64,000 nt of DNA from Eledone cirrhosa. Its lineage: Eukaryota. Position numbers and translations under genes: made by a program. The stretch covers positions 424,390,001-424,454,000 of the forward strand of contig OZ024740.1 of NCBI GenBank assembly GCA_964016885.1, given 5' to 3'. Every line of letters starts with the position of its first letter. The first letter of the stretch is position 1. The notes under the pieces are model-generated. The model did not search any database, had not been told where the DNA came from, and saw only the letters and a program-made list of their open reading frames with translations. Positions 25,432-38,400 of the stretch are shown here, in pieces.

Positions 25432-25434
<3 letters not shown>
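25076..25434. repeat. Near-perfect 175-bp-arm palindrome with 9-bp spacer
   Basis: 25076-25250 is the reverse complement of 25260-25434, with one mismatch seen. Confidence 0.95.
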
Positions 25435-25495
<61 letters not shown>

Positions 25496-25602
25496 AAAAG
25501 GTAAACAGAAATAACAACACAATCGGTAACGTATAGGGAAGGAATATATTAGTTTATCGCTTGAAATAGCAGGAAGAGGGTCTTAATACAACGGAGGCGT
25601 AC

Positions 25603-25649
25603 TAGGGACGTACGTTTCGTTGGCTTGGAAGACCAACTTTTTCAACCTA
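25603..25649 (-). ncRNA. Minimal type I hammerhead motif with U3:A8 core variant
   Basis: Minus strand: TAGG TTGAAAA A GTTGG tcttccaag CCAAC GAAA C GTAC G TC CCTA. Stem I TAGG/CCTA, palindromic loop 3, GUC triplet. Confidence 0.7.
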
Positions 25650-25887
25650 TATATTTTTTCCCAGTTACTTTCCACTGACATAGGATGAATAGTGGGTCCT
25701 CAAGGCCAACGAAACTTACGTTCCTGGTATAGATCAGTTGTAGTAACTGGCCTTAATGATTTTATATATATATATAAATATAGGAAAAGAGTCAGAACCT
25801 CGACGGCAGAACTCAAGCTATTTCTGATAGTCCACCTGGTTCTTTACCACACTCCCTTCATTATATGTGTATAAAAAGTCAGATTAC

Positions 25888-25967
<80 letters not shown>

Positions 25968-26222
25968 GTAATCTGACTTTTTCGAATATTAATAATAATA
26001 TTCAATTCGCTTGCAGTTATGCAAACAATCTCTTTTAAGCCATGTCAGTAGAATGAGCCCCTCATTCTTGCTCTTGTGTTGATATATATATATATATATA
26101 TATACATATATATACATATCGGAGTCCTGACTCCTTTCCTCTTACCCACTCTACTACCCTAAGTATCGAGTACTCTGGTGTATTATGTATGGTCCATCTG
26201 GTTTCTTACCACACTTTCTTTG

Positions 26223-26273
<51 letters not shown>

Positions 26274-27206
26274 TAAACGGAATAGAAAATGCTGACAAAT
26301 TGTTCACAGTGAAAATTAGTTTAATTAGGAATAAGTGATAATTAGTAATAGTATTGGTTAGTATTCAGTTTTGGTTTTAAGTTTTACCGGTTGCGCATTT
26401 CTAATGCTTTTCAAAAATAATTTTGAGATAGAGCGTCCGTGATGTTTGCTCTGATCTGATTAGTTTTGGGAATTCTACCTGTTTTTATGTTAAAAAAGTG
26501 GCTCCAGCGGTATTAAAATAAGTTTTGCGCCAATTCGTGTTGCAAAAATTCTTGTGGTCAAAACAATTTTGATTGGTCGGTAGAGGTCATGTGAATGTAA
26601 AAAATTGATTTTGCGCCAAATGTAGGTTTGTGTCGGCTGACTGAGAAAAAAGTCTTTCACAACAAATATGTGTGTGTGTGTGTGTGTAGTAGTAGTAAAG
26701 AGGTTCGTTGTTGTGATAATGGTCACAAAGGAATTGTGGTATATAACAAAGGAATTGTGGTAAGGAACCAGATGGACCATAACGCACCAGAGTACTCAAT
26801 ACTTAGGGTAGTAGAGTGGGAAATAGGAAAAAGTATGACCCCGACGGCAGAGCTCAAGCCGTTTCGACGGCTATTTCTGGACTAATTAGTCCAGAAATAG
26901 CCGCCGAAATATATAAATGAAAGGTATATATATATATATACACAAAAACATGCCCTTACACACACACTTATATATGCATATAAACACAAAGAAAATAAGA
27001 GTTGAATTTATTTAATAGTGTGGATGATGGAATGGAAGGCGATAAACTAGATTGGGGACCAGGTCATCTTTAGTGCTGGTCAGTCATATCGAATTATCAT
27101 TGTCCAAAGTGATCTAATATAAACTAGTGGAGGAAACATGTCAGTGTAGGGACTGTTTCACTACATACGCATATATATATATATACACACACACACATAT
27201 ATATAT

Positions 27207-27337
<131 letters not shown>

Positions 27338-27500
27338 CATACACACACACACATATATATATACATATATATATATACACACACATATATATAAATACAC
27401 ACACACATATATAGATACACACGCACACATATATATATATACATATGTATATATATATACATACACACACATATATATATATATACATACACACACACAC

Positions 27501-27535
<35 letters not shown>

Positions 27536-27707
27536 CATACACACACACATATATATATACATATATATATATACATACACACACACATATATATACGTAC
27601 ATATATATAGCAACACGCACATGCATTCATATAACTATATAATTATATATATATATATACATGCACGAACATATGCATATATATATATATATACATGCAC
27701 GAACATA

Positions 27708-27745
<38 letters not shown>

Positions 27746-28114
27746 TGCATGAACATACGCTTATACATATATATATATGCATACGTATACGAACATATGT
27801 AAATACACACACATGCACGCACACACACACACATATATATACACACGAACATACATTCATATAGTTATCTATATACATACACTAACATACGCATATACAT
27901 ACATACATACGCATATACATACATACATATATATATATATAGTAATAATAATAAATCTGAAGACTAAAATCCAAAGAGGGCTCGATAAGGATAAATATAT
28001 ATCAAATATATAGTTTTTGTTTAGTTTCAGAAGATCCCGTTAAGGGTGAAAGCAGCGATTCTTTGCTTAAACTTTAATCTGTTACTTTAATAAATATATA
28101 TAACGGGATCTTAC

Positions 28115-28150
28115 GAGCTGAGGATCCGCTAAGGTGAAACAATTGTTCTC
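28115..28150 (+). ncRNA. Minimal type I hammerhead motif
   Basis: GAG CTGAGGA TCC gctaa GGT GAAA C AATT G TT CTC. A degenerate tandem copy lies at ~28028-28060 (CAGAAGATCCCGTTAAGGGTGAAA). Confidence 0.6.
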
Positions 28151-28279
28151 AGTATGGTGATCTAACTGTTGTGTAACCAATTCTACCTAACTCGTCCCAT
28201 GGAATGAGTGCTCTACCACTACGGATATTAACTTCCAGTGTTCTACGTATATATATATATATATATACACATGTATATA

Positions 28280-28342
<63 letters not shown>

Positions 28343-28408
28343 GTTATTCCGGGTTGAATCGGAGGTAACCACAGTAAGTAAGGTACTCAATACATAGCAG
28401 AGTATATA

Positions 28409-28540
28409 AGTTTTAATATAGATGAGATTCTACAGGACTAGAACTGTTTCATTCATTAGAAATCATCAGGAATCACATGATTCCTGATGATTTCTAATGA
28501 ATGAAACAGTTCTAGTCCTGTAGAATCTCATCTATATTAA

Positions 28541-28544
<4 letters not shown>
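28409..28544. repeat. Perfect 67-bp-arm palindrome carrying a CTGATGA...GAAA core on each strand
   Basis: Arms 28409-28475 and 28478-28544 with spacer CA. Confidence 0.9.
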
Positions 28545-28576
<32 letters not shown>

Positions 28577-28688
28577 GCACATATATGAACACTACACATA
28601 TATATATATACCTACATACATACATATATACATGAATATAGATATATTCAGATACACACACACACTTACAAATCCACATACACATATA

Positions 28689-28957
28689 GGTATATATACT
28701 GGTATGTAGGTGTATATACTAGAATGTAGGTGTATATACTAGTATGTAGGTATATATACTAGTATGTGGGTATATATATTGGTATGTAGGTGTATATACT
28801 AGTATGTAGGTATATATACTAGTATGTAGGTGTATATACTAGTATGTAGGTATATATACTAGTATGTAGATATATATATTGGTATGTAGGTGTATATACT
28901 AGTATGTAGGTGTATATACTAGTATGTAGGTGTATATACTAGTATGTAGGTGTATAT
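28689..28957. repeat. 20-bp minisatellite, ~13 copies
   Basis: Unit GTATATACTAGTATGTAGGT. Confidence 0.9.
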
Positions 28958-29345
28958 AGTTGCACAACTGTTATTATCGGCTGTGTCTAGTATATGATTG
29001 TTTGTGTGTATATGTGTATATGGTTGTTTGTGCGTATATGTGTATATTTGCCTGGTTACTTTATATGTATGGTTGTTTTGTATATATGAATGTGTGTGTG
29101 TGTATATATGTGTATGTGAGTGATTACTTCTTATATATGCCTGTTTGTATGTATCTGTGTATATGTGTATATGTGCATTACTTGTTATGTAAGCCTGTTT
29201 GTGTGTATATGTGTATATGTGCATTACTTTATATGTATGCCTGTGTGTCATATACACACATGTTGCTTTGTGTCTATATTTATTCCAAGAAAGTCACATG
29301 GGGAAGCTTTGAAAAGTTTTACAAATGTTCACTTCATCTCTAATC

Positions 29346-29460
29346 GTGAGTATCTGAGTGGTTAGAGAATTGGATTCCTAATGGTGAGGTTGCGAGTTTG
29401 ATTCCCAGACCGGGCGATGTGTTTTGTCTTTGGAAAGGACCCTGTATTTCACATTGCTCC
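29346..29460 (+). mobile_element. SINE family B head running directly into the satellite
   Basis: TGAGTGGTTAGAGAATTGG...GGTTGCGAGTTTGATTCCCAGACCGGGCGATGTGTT aligns colinearly with 21700-21770. Confidence 0.8.
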
Positions 29461-32400
29461 TTCTACCGTGTAATGTCTTTGGTAAAACACCCTGTATTTC
29501 ATATTGCTCCTTCTACCGTGTAATGTCTTTGGTAAAACACCCTGTATTTCATATTGCTCCTTCTACCGTGTAATGTCTTTGGTAAAACACCCTGTATTTC
29601 ACATTGCTCCTTCTACCGTGTAATGTCTTTGGTAAAACACCCTGTATTTCACATTGCTCCTTCTACCGTGTAATGTCTTTGGTAAAACACCCTGTATTTC
29701 ATATTGCTCCTTCTACCGTGTAATGTCTTTGGTAAAACACCCTGTATTTCATATTGCTCCTTCTACCGTGTAATGTCTTTGGTAAAACACCCTGTATTTC
29801 ATATTGCTCCTTCTACCGTGTAATGTCTTTGGTAAAACACCCTGTATTTCACATAGCTCCTTCTACCGTGTAACGTCTTTGGTAAAACACCCTGTATTTC
29901 ACATTGCTCCTTCTACCGTGTAATGTCTTTGGTAAAACACCCTGTATTTCATATTGCTCCTTCTACCGTGTAATGTCTTTGGTAAAACACCCTGTATTTC
30001 ATATTGCTCCTTCTACCGTGTAATGTCTTTGGAAAACACCCTGTATTTCATATTGCTCCTTCTACCGTGTAATGTCTTTGGTAAAACACCCTGTATTTCA
30101 TATTGCTCCTTCTACCGTGTAATGACTTTGGTAAAACACCCTGTATTTCACATAGCTCCTTCTACCGTGTAACGTCTTTGGTAAAACACCCTGTATTTCA
30201 TATTGCTCCTTATACCGTGTAATGTCTTTGGTAAAACACCCTGTATTTCATATTGCTCCCTCTGCCGTGTAATGTCTTTGGTAAAACACCATGTATTTCA
30301 TATTGCTCCTTCTACCGTGTAACGTCTTTGGTAAAACACCCTGTATTTCACATTGCTCCCTCTGCCGTGTAATGTCTTTCGTAAAACGCCCTGTATTTCA
30401 TATTGCTCCTTCTACCGTGTAATGTCTTTGGTAAAACACCCTGTATTTCATATTGCTCCTTCTACCGTGTAATGTCTTTGGTAAAACACCCTGTATTTCA
30501 TATTGCTCCGTCTACCGTGTAATGTCTTTGGTAAAACACCCTGTAGTTCACATTGCTCCTTCTACCGTGTAATGTCTTTGGTAAAACACCCTGTATTTCA
30601 TATTGCTCCACCTACCGTGTAATGTCTTTGGTAAAACACCCAATATTTCACATTGCTCCCTCTGCCGTGTAATGTCTTTCGTAAAACGCCCTGTATTTCA
30701 TATTGCTCCTTCTACCGTGTAATGTCTTTGGTAAAACACCCAATATTTCACATTGCTCCCTCTGCCGTGTAATGTCTTTCGTAAAACGCCCTGTATTTCA
30801 TATTGCTCCTTCTACCGTGTAATGTCTTTGGTAAAACACCCAATATTTCACATTGCTCCCTCTGCCGTGTAATGTCTTTCGTAAAACGCCCTGTATTTCA
30901 TATTGCTCCTTCTAACGTGTAATGTCTTTGGTAAAACACCCTGTATTTCATATTGCTCCTTCTACTGTGTAATGTCTTTGGTAAAACACCCTGTATTTCA
31001 CATTGCTCCTTCTACCGTGTAATATCTTTGGTAAAACACCCTGTATTTCATATTGCCCCTTCTACCGTGTAATGTCTTTGGTAAAACAGCCTGTATTTCA
31101 CATTGCTCCTTCTACAGTGTAATGTCTTTGGTAAAACACCCTGTATTTCACATTGCTCCCTCTGCCGTGTAATGTCTTTCGTAAAACACCCTGTATTTCA
31201 CATTGCTCCCTCTGCCGTGTAATGTCTTTCGTAAAACACCCTGTATTTCACATTGCTCCCTCTGCCGTGTAATGTCTTTCGTAAAACACCCAATATTTCA
31301 CATTGCTCCCTCTGCCGTGTAATGTCTTTCGTAAAACGCCCTGTATTTCATATTGCTCCTTCTAACGTGTAATGTCTTTGGTAAAACACCCTGTATTTCA
31401 TATTGCTCCTTCTACTGTGTAATGTCTTTGGTAAAACACCCTGTATTTCACATTGCTCCTTCTACCGTGTAATATCTTTGGTAAAACACCCTGTATTTCA
31501 TATTGCCCCTTCTACCGTGTAATGTCTTTGGTAAAACAGCCTGTATTTCACATTGCTCCTTCTACAGTGTAATGTCTTTGGTAAAACACCCTGTATTTCA
31601 CATTGCTCCCTCTGCCGTGTAATGTCTTTCGTAAAACACCCTGTATTTCACATTGCTCCTTCTAACGTGTAATGTCTTTGGTAAAACACCCTGTATTTCA
31701 TATTGCTCCTTCTACCGTGTAATGTCTTTGGTAAAACACCCTGTATTTCATACTGCTCCTTCTACCATGTAACGTCTTTGGTAAAACACCCTGTATTTAA
31801 CATTGCTCCCTCTGCCGTGTAATGTCTTTCGTAAAACGCCCTGTATTTCATATTGCTCCCTCTGCCGTGTAATGTCTTTGGTAAAACACCCTGTATTTCA
31901 CATTGCTCCCTCTGCCGTGTAATGTCTTTCGTAAAACGCCCTGTATTTCATATTGCTCCTTCTACCGTGTAACGTCTTTGGTAAAACACCCTGTATTTCA
32001 TATTGCTCCCTCTGCCGTGTAATGTCTTTCGTAAAACGCCCTGTATTTCACATTGCTCCCTCTGCCGTGTAATGTCTTTCGTAAAACGCCCTGTATTTCA
32101 TATTGCTCCCTCTGCCGTGTATTGTCTTTCGTAAAACACCCTGTATTTCATATTGCTCCCTCTGCCGTGTAATGTCTTTCGTAAAACGCCCTGTATTTCA
32201 TATTGCTCCCTCTGCCGTGTAATGTCTTTCGTAAAACACCCTGTATTTCATATTGCTCCCTCTGCCGTGTAATGTCTTTCGTAAAACACCCTGTATTTCA
32301 TATTGCTCCCTCTGCCGTGTAATGTCTTTCGTAAAACGCCCTGTATTTCACATTGCTCCCTCTGCCGTGTAATGTCTTTCGTAAAACGCCCTGTATTTCA

Positions 32401-35400
32401 TATTGCTCCCTCTGCCGTGTAATGTCTTTCGTAAAACACCCTGTATTTCATATTGCTCCCTCTGCCGTGTAATGTCTTTCGTAAAACGCCCTGTATTTCA
32501 TATTGCTCCCTCTGCCGTGTAATGTCTTTCGTAAAACACCCTGTATTTCATATTGCTCCCTCTGCCGTGTAATGTCTTTCGTAAAACACCCTGTATTTCA
32601 TATTGCTCCCTCTGCCGTGTAATGTCTTTCGTAAAACGCCCTGTATTTCACATTGCTCCCTCTGCCGTGTAATGTCTTTCGTAAAACGCCCTGTATTTCA
32701 TATTGCTCCCTCTGCCGTGTAATGTCTTTCGTAAAACACCCTGTATTTCATATTGCTCCCTCTGCCGTGTAATGTCTTTCGTAAAACGCCCTGTATTTCA
32801 TATTGCTCCCTCTGCCGTGTAATGTCTTTCGTAAAACGCCCTGTATTTCATATTGCTCCCTCTACCGTGTAATGTCTTTGGTAAAACACCCTGTATTTCA
32901 CATCGCTCCTTCTACCGTGTAATGTCTTTGGTAAAGCACTCTGTATTTCACATTGCTCCTTCTACCGTGTAATGTCTTTGGTAAAACACCCTGTATTTCA
33001 CATTGCTCCTTCTACCGTGTAATGTCTTTGGTAAAGCACTCTGTATTTCACATTGCTCCTTCTACCGTGTAATGTCTTTGGTAAAACAGCCTGTATTTCA
33101 CATTGCTCCTTCTACCGTGTAATGTCTTTGGTAAAACACCCTTTATTTTACATTGCTCCTTCTACCGTGTAATGTCTTTGGTAAAACACCCTGTATTTCA
33201 CATTGCTCCTTCTCCCGTGTAATGTCTTTGGTAAAACACCCTGTATTTCATATTGCCCCTTCTACCGTGTAATGTCTTTGGTAAAACAGCCTGTATTTCA
33301 CATTGCTCCTTCTACCGTGTAATGTCTTTGGTAAAACACCCTGTATTTCATATTGCTCCTTCTACCGTGTAATGTCTTTGGTAAAACACCCTGTATTTCA
33401 TATTGCTCCTTCTACCGTGTAATGTCTTTGGTAAAACACCCTGTATTTCATATTGCTCCTTCTACCGTGTAATGTCTTTGGTAAAACACCCTGTATTTCA
33501 TATTACTCCTTCTACCGTGTAATGTCTTTGGTAAAACACCCTTTATTTTACATTGCTCCTTCTACCGTGTAATGTCTTTGGTAAAACACCCTGTATTTCA
33601 TATTGCTCCTTCTACCGTGTAACGTCTTTGGTAAAACACCCTGTATTTCACATTGCTCCCTCTGCCGTGTAATGTCTTTCGTAAAACGCCCTGTATTTCA
33701 TATTACTCCTTCTACCGTGTAATGTCTTTGGTAAAACACCCTTTATTTTACATTGCTCCTTCTACCGTGTAACGTCTTTGGTAAAACACCCTGTATTTCA
33801 CATTGCTCCCTCTGCCGTGTAATGTCTTTCGTAAAACGCCCTGTATTTCATATTGCTCCTGCTAACGTGTAATGTCTTTGGTAAAACACCCTGTATTTCA
33901 TATTGCTCCACCTACCGTGTAATGTCTTTGGTAAAACACCCTGTATTTCACATTGCTCCATCTACCGTGTAATGTCTTTGGTAAAACACCCTGTATTTAA
34001 CATTGTTCCTTCTACCCTGTAATGTCTTTGGTAAAACACCCTGTATTTCACATTGCTCCTTCTACCGTGTAATGTCTTTGGTAAAACACCCTGTATTTCA
34101 CATTGCTCCCTCTGCCGTGTAATGTCTTTGGTAAAACACCCTGTATTTCATATTGCTCCTTTTACCGTGAATGTCTTTGGTAAAACACCCTGTATTTCAT
34201 ATTGCTCCTTCTACCGTGTAATGTCTTTGGTAAAACACCCTGTATTTCACATTGCTCCCTCTGCCTTGTAATGTCTTTGATAAAACACCCTGTATTTCAT
34301 ATTGCTCCTTCTACCGTGTAATGTCTTTGGTAAAACACCCTGTATTTCACATTGCTCCTTCTACCGTGTAATGTCTTTGGTAAAACACCCTGTATTTCAC
34401 ATTGCTCCTTCTACCGTGTAATGTCTTTGGCAAAGGACCCTGTATTTCACATTGCTCCTTCTACCGTGTAATGTCTTTGGTAAAACATCCTGTATTTCAC
34501 ATTGCTCCTTCTACCGTGTAATGTCTTTGGAAAAACACCCTGTATTTCATATTGCTCCTCCTACCGTGTAATGTCTTTGGTAAAACACCCTGAATTTCAC
34601 ATTGCTCCCTCTGCCGTGTAATGTCTTTGGTAAAACACCCTGCATTTCATATTGCTCCTTCTACCGTGTAATGTTTTGGTAAAACACCCTGTATTTCACG
34701 TTGCTCCTTCTACCGTGTAATGTCTTTGGTAAAACACCCTGTATTTCACATTGCTCCTTCTACCGTCTAATGTCTTTGGTAAAACACCCTGTATTTCACA
34801 TTGCTCCTTCTACCGTGTAACGTCTTTGGTAAAACACCCTCTATTTCACATTGCTACTTCTGCCGTGTAATGTCTTTCGTAAAACACCCTGTATTTCATA
34901 TTGCTCCTTCTAACGTGTAATGTCTTTGGTAAAACACCCTGTATTTCCCATTGCTCCTTCTACCGTGTAATATCTTTGGTAAAACACCCTGTATTTCACA
35001 TTGCTCCTTCTACCGTGTAATGTCTTTGGTAAAACACCCTGTATTTCACATTGCTCCTTCTACCGTGTAATGTCTTAGGTAAAACACCCTGTATTTCATA
35101 TTGCCCCTTCTACCGTGTAATGTCTTTGGTAAAACACCCTATATTTCATATTGCTCCTTCTACCGTGTAATGTCTTTGGTAAAGGACCCTGTATTTCATA
35201 TTGCTCCTTCTACCGTTTAATGTCTTTGGTAAAACACCCTGTATTTCATATTGCTCCTTCTACCGTGTAATGTCTTTGGTAAAACACCCTGTATTTCATA
35301 TTGCTCCTTCTACCGTGTAATGTCTTTGGTGAAACACCCTGTATTTCATATTACTCCTTCTACCGTGTAATGTCTATGGTAAAACACCCTGTATTTCACA

Positions 35401-38400
35401 ACGCTCATTCTACCGTCTAATGTCTTTGGTAAAGCACTCTGTATTTCACATTGCTCCTTCTACCGTGTAATGTCTTTGGTAAAACACCCTGTATTTCATA
35501 TTGCTCCCTCTGCCGTGTAATGTCTTTGGTAAAACACCCTGTATTTCATATTGCTCCTTCTACCGTGTAACGTCTTTGGTAAAACACCCTGTATTTCACA
35601 TTGCTCCCTCTGCCGTGTAATGTCTTTCGTAAAACGCCCTTTATTTCATATTGCTCCTGCTAACGTGTAATGTCTTTGGTAAAACACCCTGTATTTCATA
35701 TTGTTCCACCTACCGTGTAATGTCTTTCGTAAAACACCCTGTATTTCACATTGCTCCCTCTGCCGTGTAATGTCTTTCGTAAAACACCCTGTATTTCATA
35801 TTGCCCCTTCTACCGTGTAATGTCTTTGGTAAAACACCCTATATTTCATATTGCTCCTTCTACCGTGTAATGTCTTTGGTAAAGGACCCTGTATTTCATA
35901 TTGCTCCTTCTACCGTTTAATGTCTTTGGTAAAACACCCTGTATTTCATATTGCTCCTTCTACCGTGTAATGTCTTTGGTAAAACACCCTGTATTTCATA
36001 TTGCTCCTTCTACCGTGTAATGTCTTTGGTGAAACACCCTGTATTTCATATTACTCCTTCTACCGTGTAATGTCTATGGTAAAACACCCTGTATTTCACA
36101 ACGCTCATTCTACCGTCTAATGTCTTTGGTAAAGCACTCTGTATTTCACATTGCTCCTTCTACCGTGTAATGTCTTTGGTAAAACACCCTGTATTTCATA
36201 TTGCTCCCTCTGCCGTGTAATGTCTTTGGTAAAACACCCTGTATTTCATATTGCTCCTTCTACCGTGTAACGTCTTTGGTAAAACACCCTGTATTTCACA
36301 TTGCTCCCTCTGCCGTGTAATGTCTTTCGTAAAACGCCCTTTATTTCATATTGCTCCTGCTAACGTGTAATGTCTTTGGTAAAACACCCTGTATTTCATA
36401 TTGTTCCACCTACCGTGTAATGTCTTTCGTAAAACACCCTGTATTTCACATTTCTCCTTCTACCGTGTAATATCTTTGGTAAAACACCCTGTATTTCATA
36501 TTGCTCCGTCTACCGTGTGATGTCTTTGGTAAAACACCCTGTATTTCACATTGCTCCTTTTACGTGTAATGTCTTTGGTAAAACACCCTGTATTTCATAT
36601 TGCTCCTTCTACCGTGTAATGTCTTTGGTAAAGGACCCTGTATTTCATATTGCTCCTTCTACCGTGTAATGTCTTTGGTAAAACACCCTGTATTTCATAT
36701 TGCTCCTTCTACCGTGTAATGTCTTTCGTAAAACACCCTGTATTTCACATTGCTCCCTCTGCCGTGTAATGTCTTTCGTAAAACACCCTGTATTTCATAT
36801 TGCTCCTTCTACCGTGTAATGTCTTTGGTAAAACACCCTGTATTTCACATTGCTCCCTCTGCCGTGTAATGTCTTTCGTAAAACGCCCTGTATTTCATAT
36901 TGCTCCTTCAAACGTGTAATGTCTTTGGTAAAACACCCTGTATTTCATATTGCTCCTTCTACCGTGTAATGTCTTTGGTAAAACACCCTGTATTTCACAT
37001 TGCTCCTTCTACCGTGTAATGTCTTTGGTAAAACACCCTGTATTTCATATTGCCCCTTCTACCGTGTAATGTCTTTGGTAAAACAGCCTGTATTTCACAT
37101 TGCTCCTTCTACCGTGTAATGTCTTTAGTAAAACACCCTGTATTTCATATTACTCCTTCTACCGTGCAATGTCTTTGGTAAAACACCCTGTATTTCATAT
37201 TGCTCCTTCTACCGTGTAATGTCTTTGGTAAAACACCCTGTATTACATATTGCTCCCTCTGCCGTGTAATGTCTTTGGTAAAACACCCTGTATTTCATAT
37301 TGCTCCCTCTACCGTGTAATGTCTTTGGTAAAACACCCTGTATTTCACATTGTTCCTTCTACCCTGTAATGTCTCTGGTAAAACACCCTGTATTTCACAT
37401 TGCTCCTTCTACCGTGTAATGTCTTTGGTAAAACACCCTGTATTTCACATTGCTCCCTCTGCCGTGTAATGTCTTTGGTAAAACACCCTGTATTTCATAT
37501 TGCTCCTTTTACCGTGAATGTCTTTGGTAAAACACCCTGTATTTCATATTGCTCCTTCTACCGTGTAATGTCTTTGGTAAAACACCCTGTATTTCACATT
37601 GCTCCCTCTGCCGTGTAATGTCTTTGATAAAACACCCTGTATTTCATATTGCTCCTTCTACCGTGTAATGTCTTTGGTAAAACACCCTGTATTTCACATT
37701 GCTCCTTCTACCGTGTAATGTCTTTGGTAAAACACCCTGTATTTCACATTGCTCCTTCTACCGTGTAATGTCTTTGGCAAAGGACCCTGTATTTCACATT
37801 GCTCCTTCTACCGTGTAATGTCTTTGGTAAAACATCCTGTATTTCACATTGCTCCTTCTACCGTGTAATGTCTTTGGAAAAACACCCTGTATTTCATATT
37901 GCTCCTCCTACCGTGTAATGTCTTTGGTAAAACACCCTGCATTTCATATTGCTCCTTCTACCGTGTAATGTCTTCGGTAAAACACCCTGTATTTCACGTT
38001 GCTCCTTCTACCGTGTAATATCTTTGGTAAAACACCCTGTATTTCACATTGCTCCTTCTACCGTGTAATTTCTTTGGTAAAACACCCTGTATTTCATATT
38101 GCTCCTTCTACCGTGTAATGTCTTTGGTAAAGGACCCTGTATTTCATATTGCTCCTTCTACCGTGTAATGTGTTTGGTAAAACACCCTGTATTTCACATT
38201 GCTCCTTCTACCGTGTAATGTCTTTGGCAAAGGACCCTGTATTTCACATTGCTCCTTCTACCGTGTAATGTCTTTGGTAAAACACCCTGTATTTCACATT
38301 GCTCCTTCTACCGTGTAATGTCTTTGGTAAAACACCCTTTATTTCATATTGGTCCTTCTACCGTGTAACGTCTTTGGTAAAGGACCCTGTATTTCACATT

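Noticed and set aside
26560-26665. Possible Penelope GIY-YIG C-terminal motif (KCRLCxLTEK-like)
   Set aside because: It needs a frameshift, is very short, and is opposite in orientation to the adjacent hammerhead-like motif.
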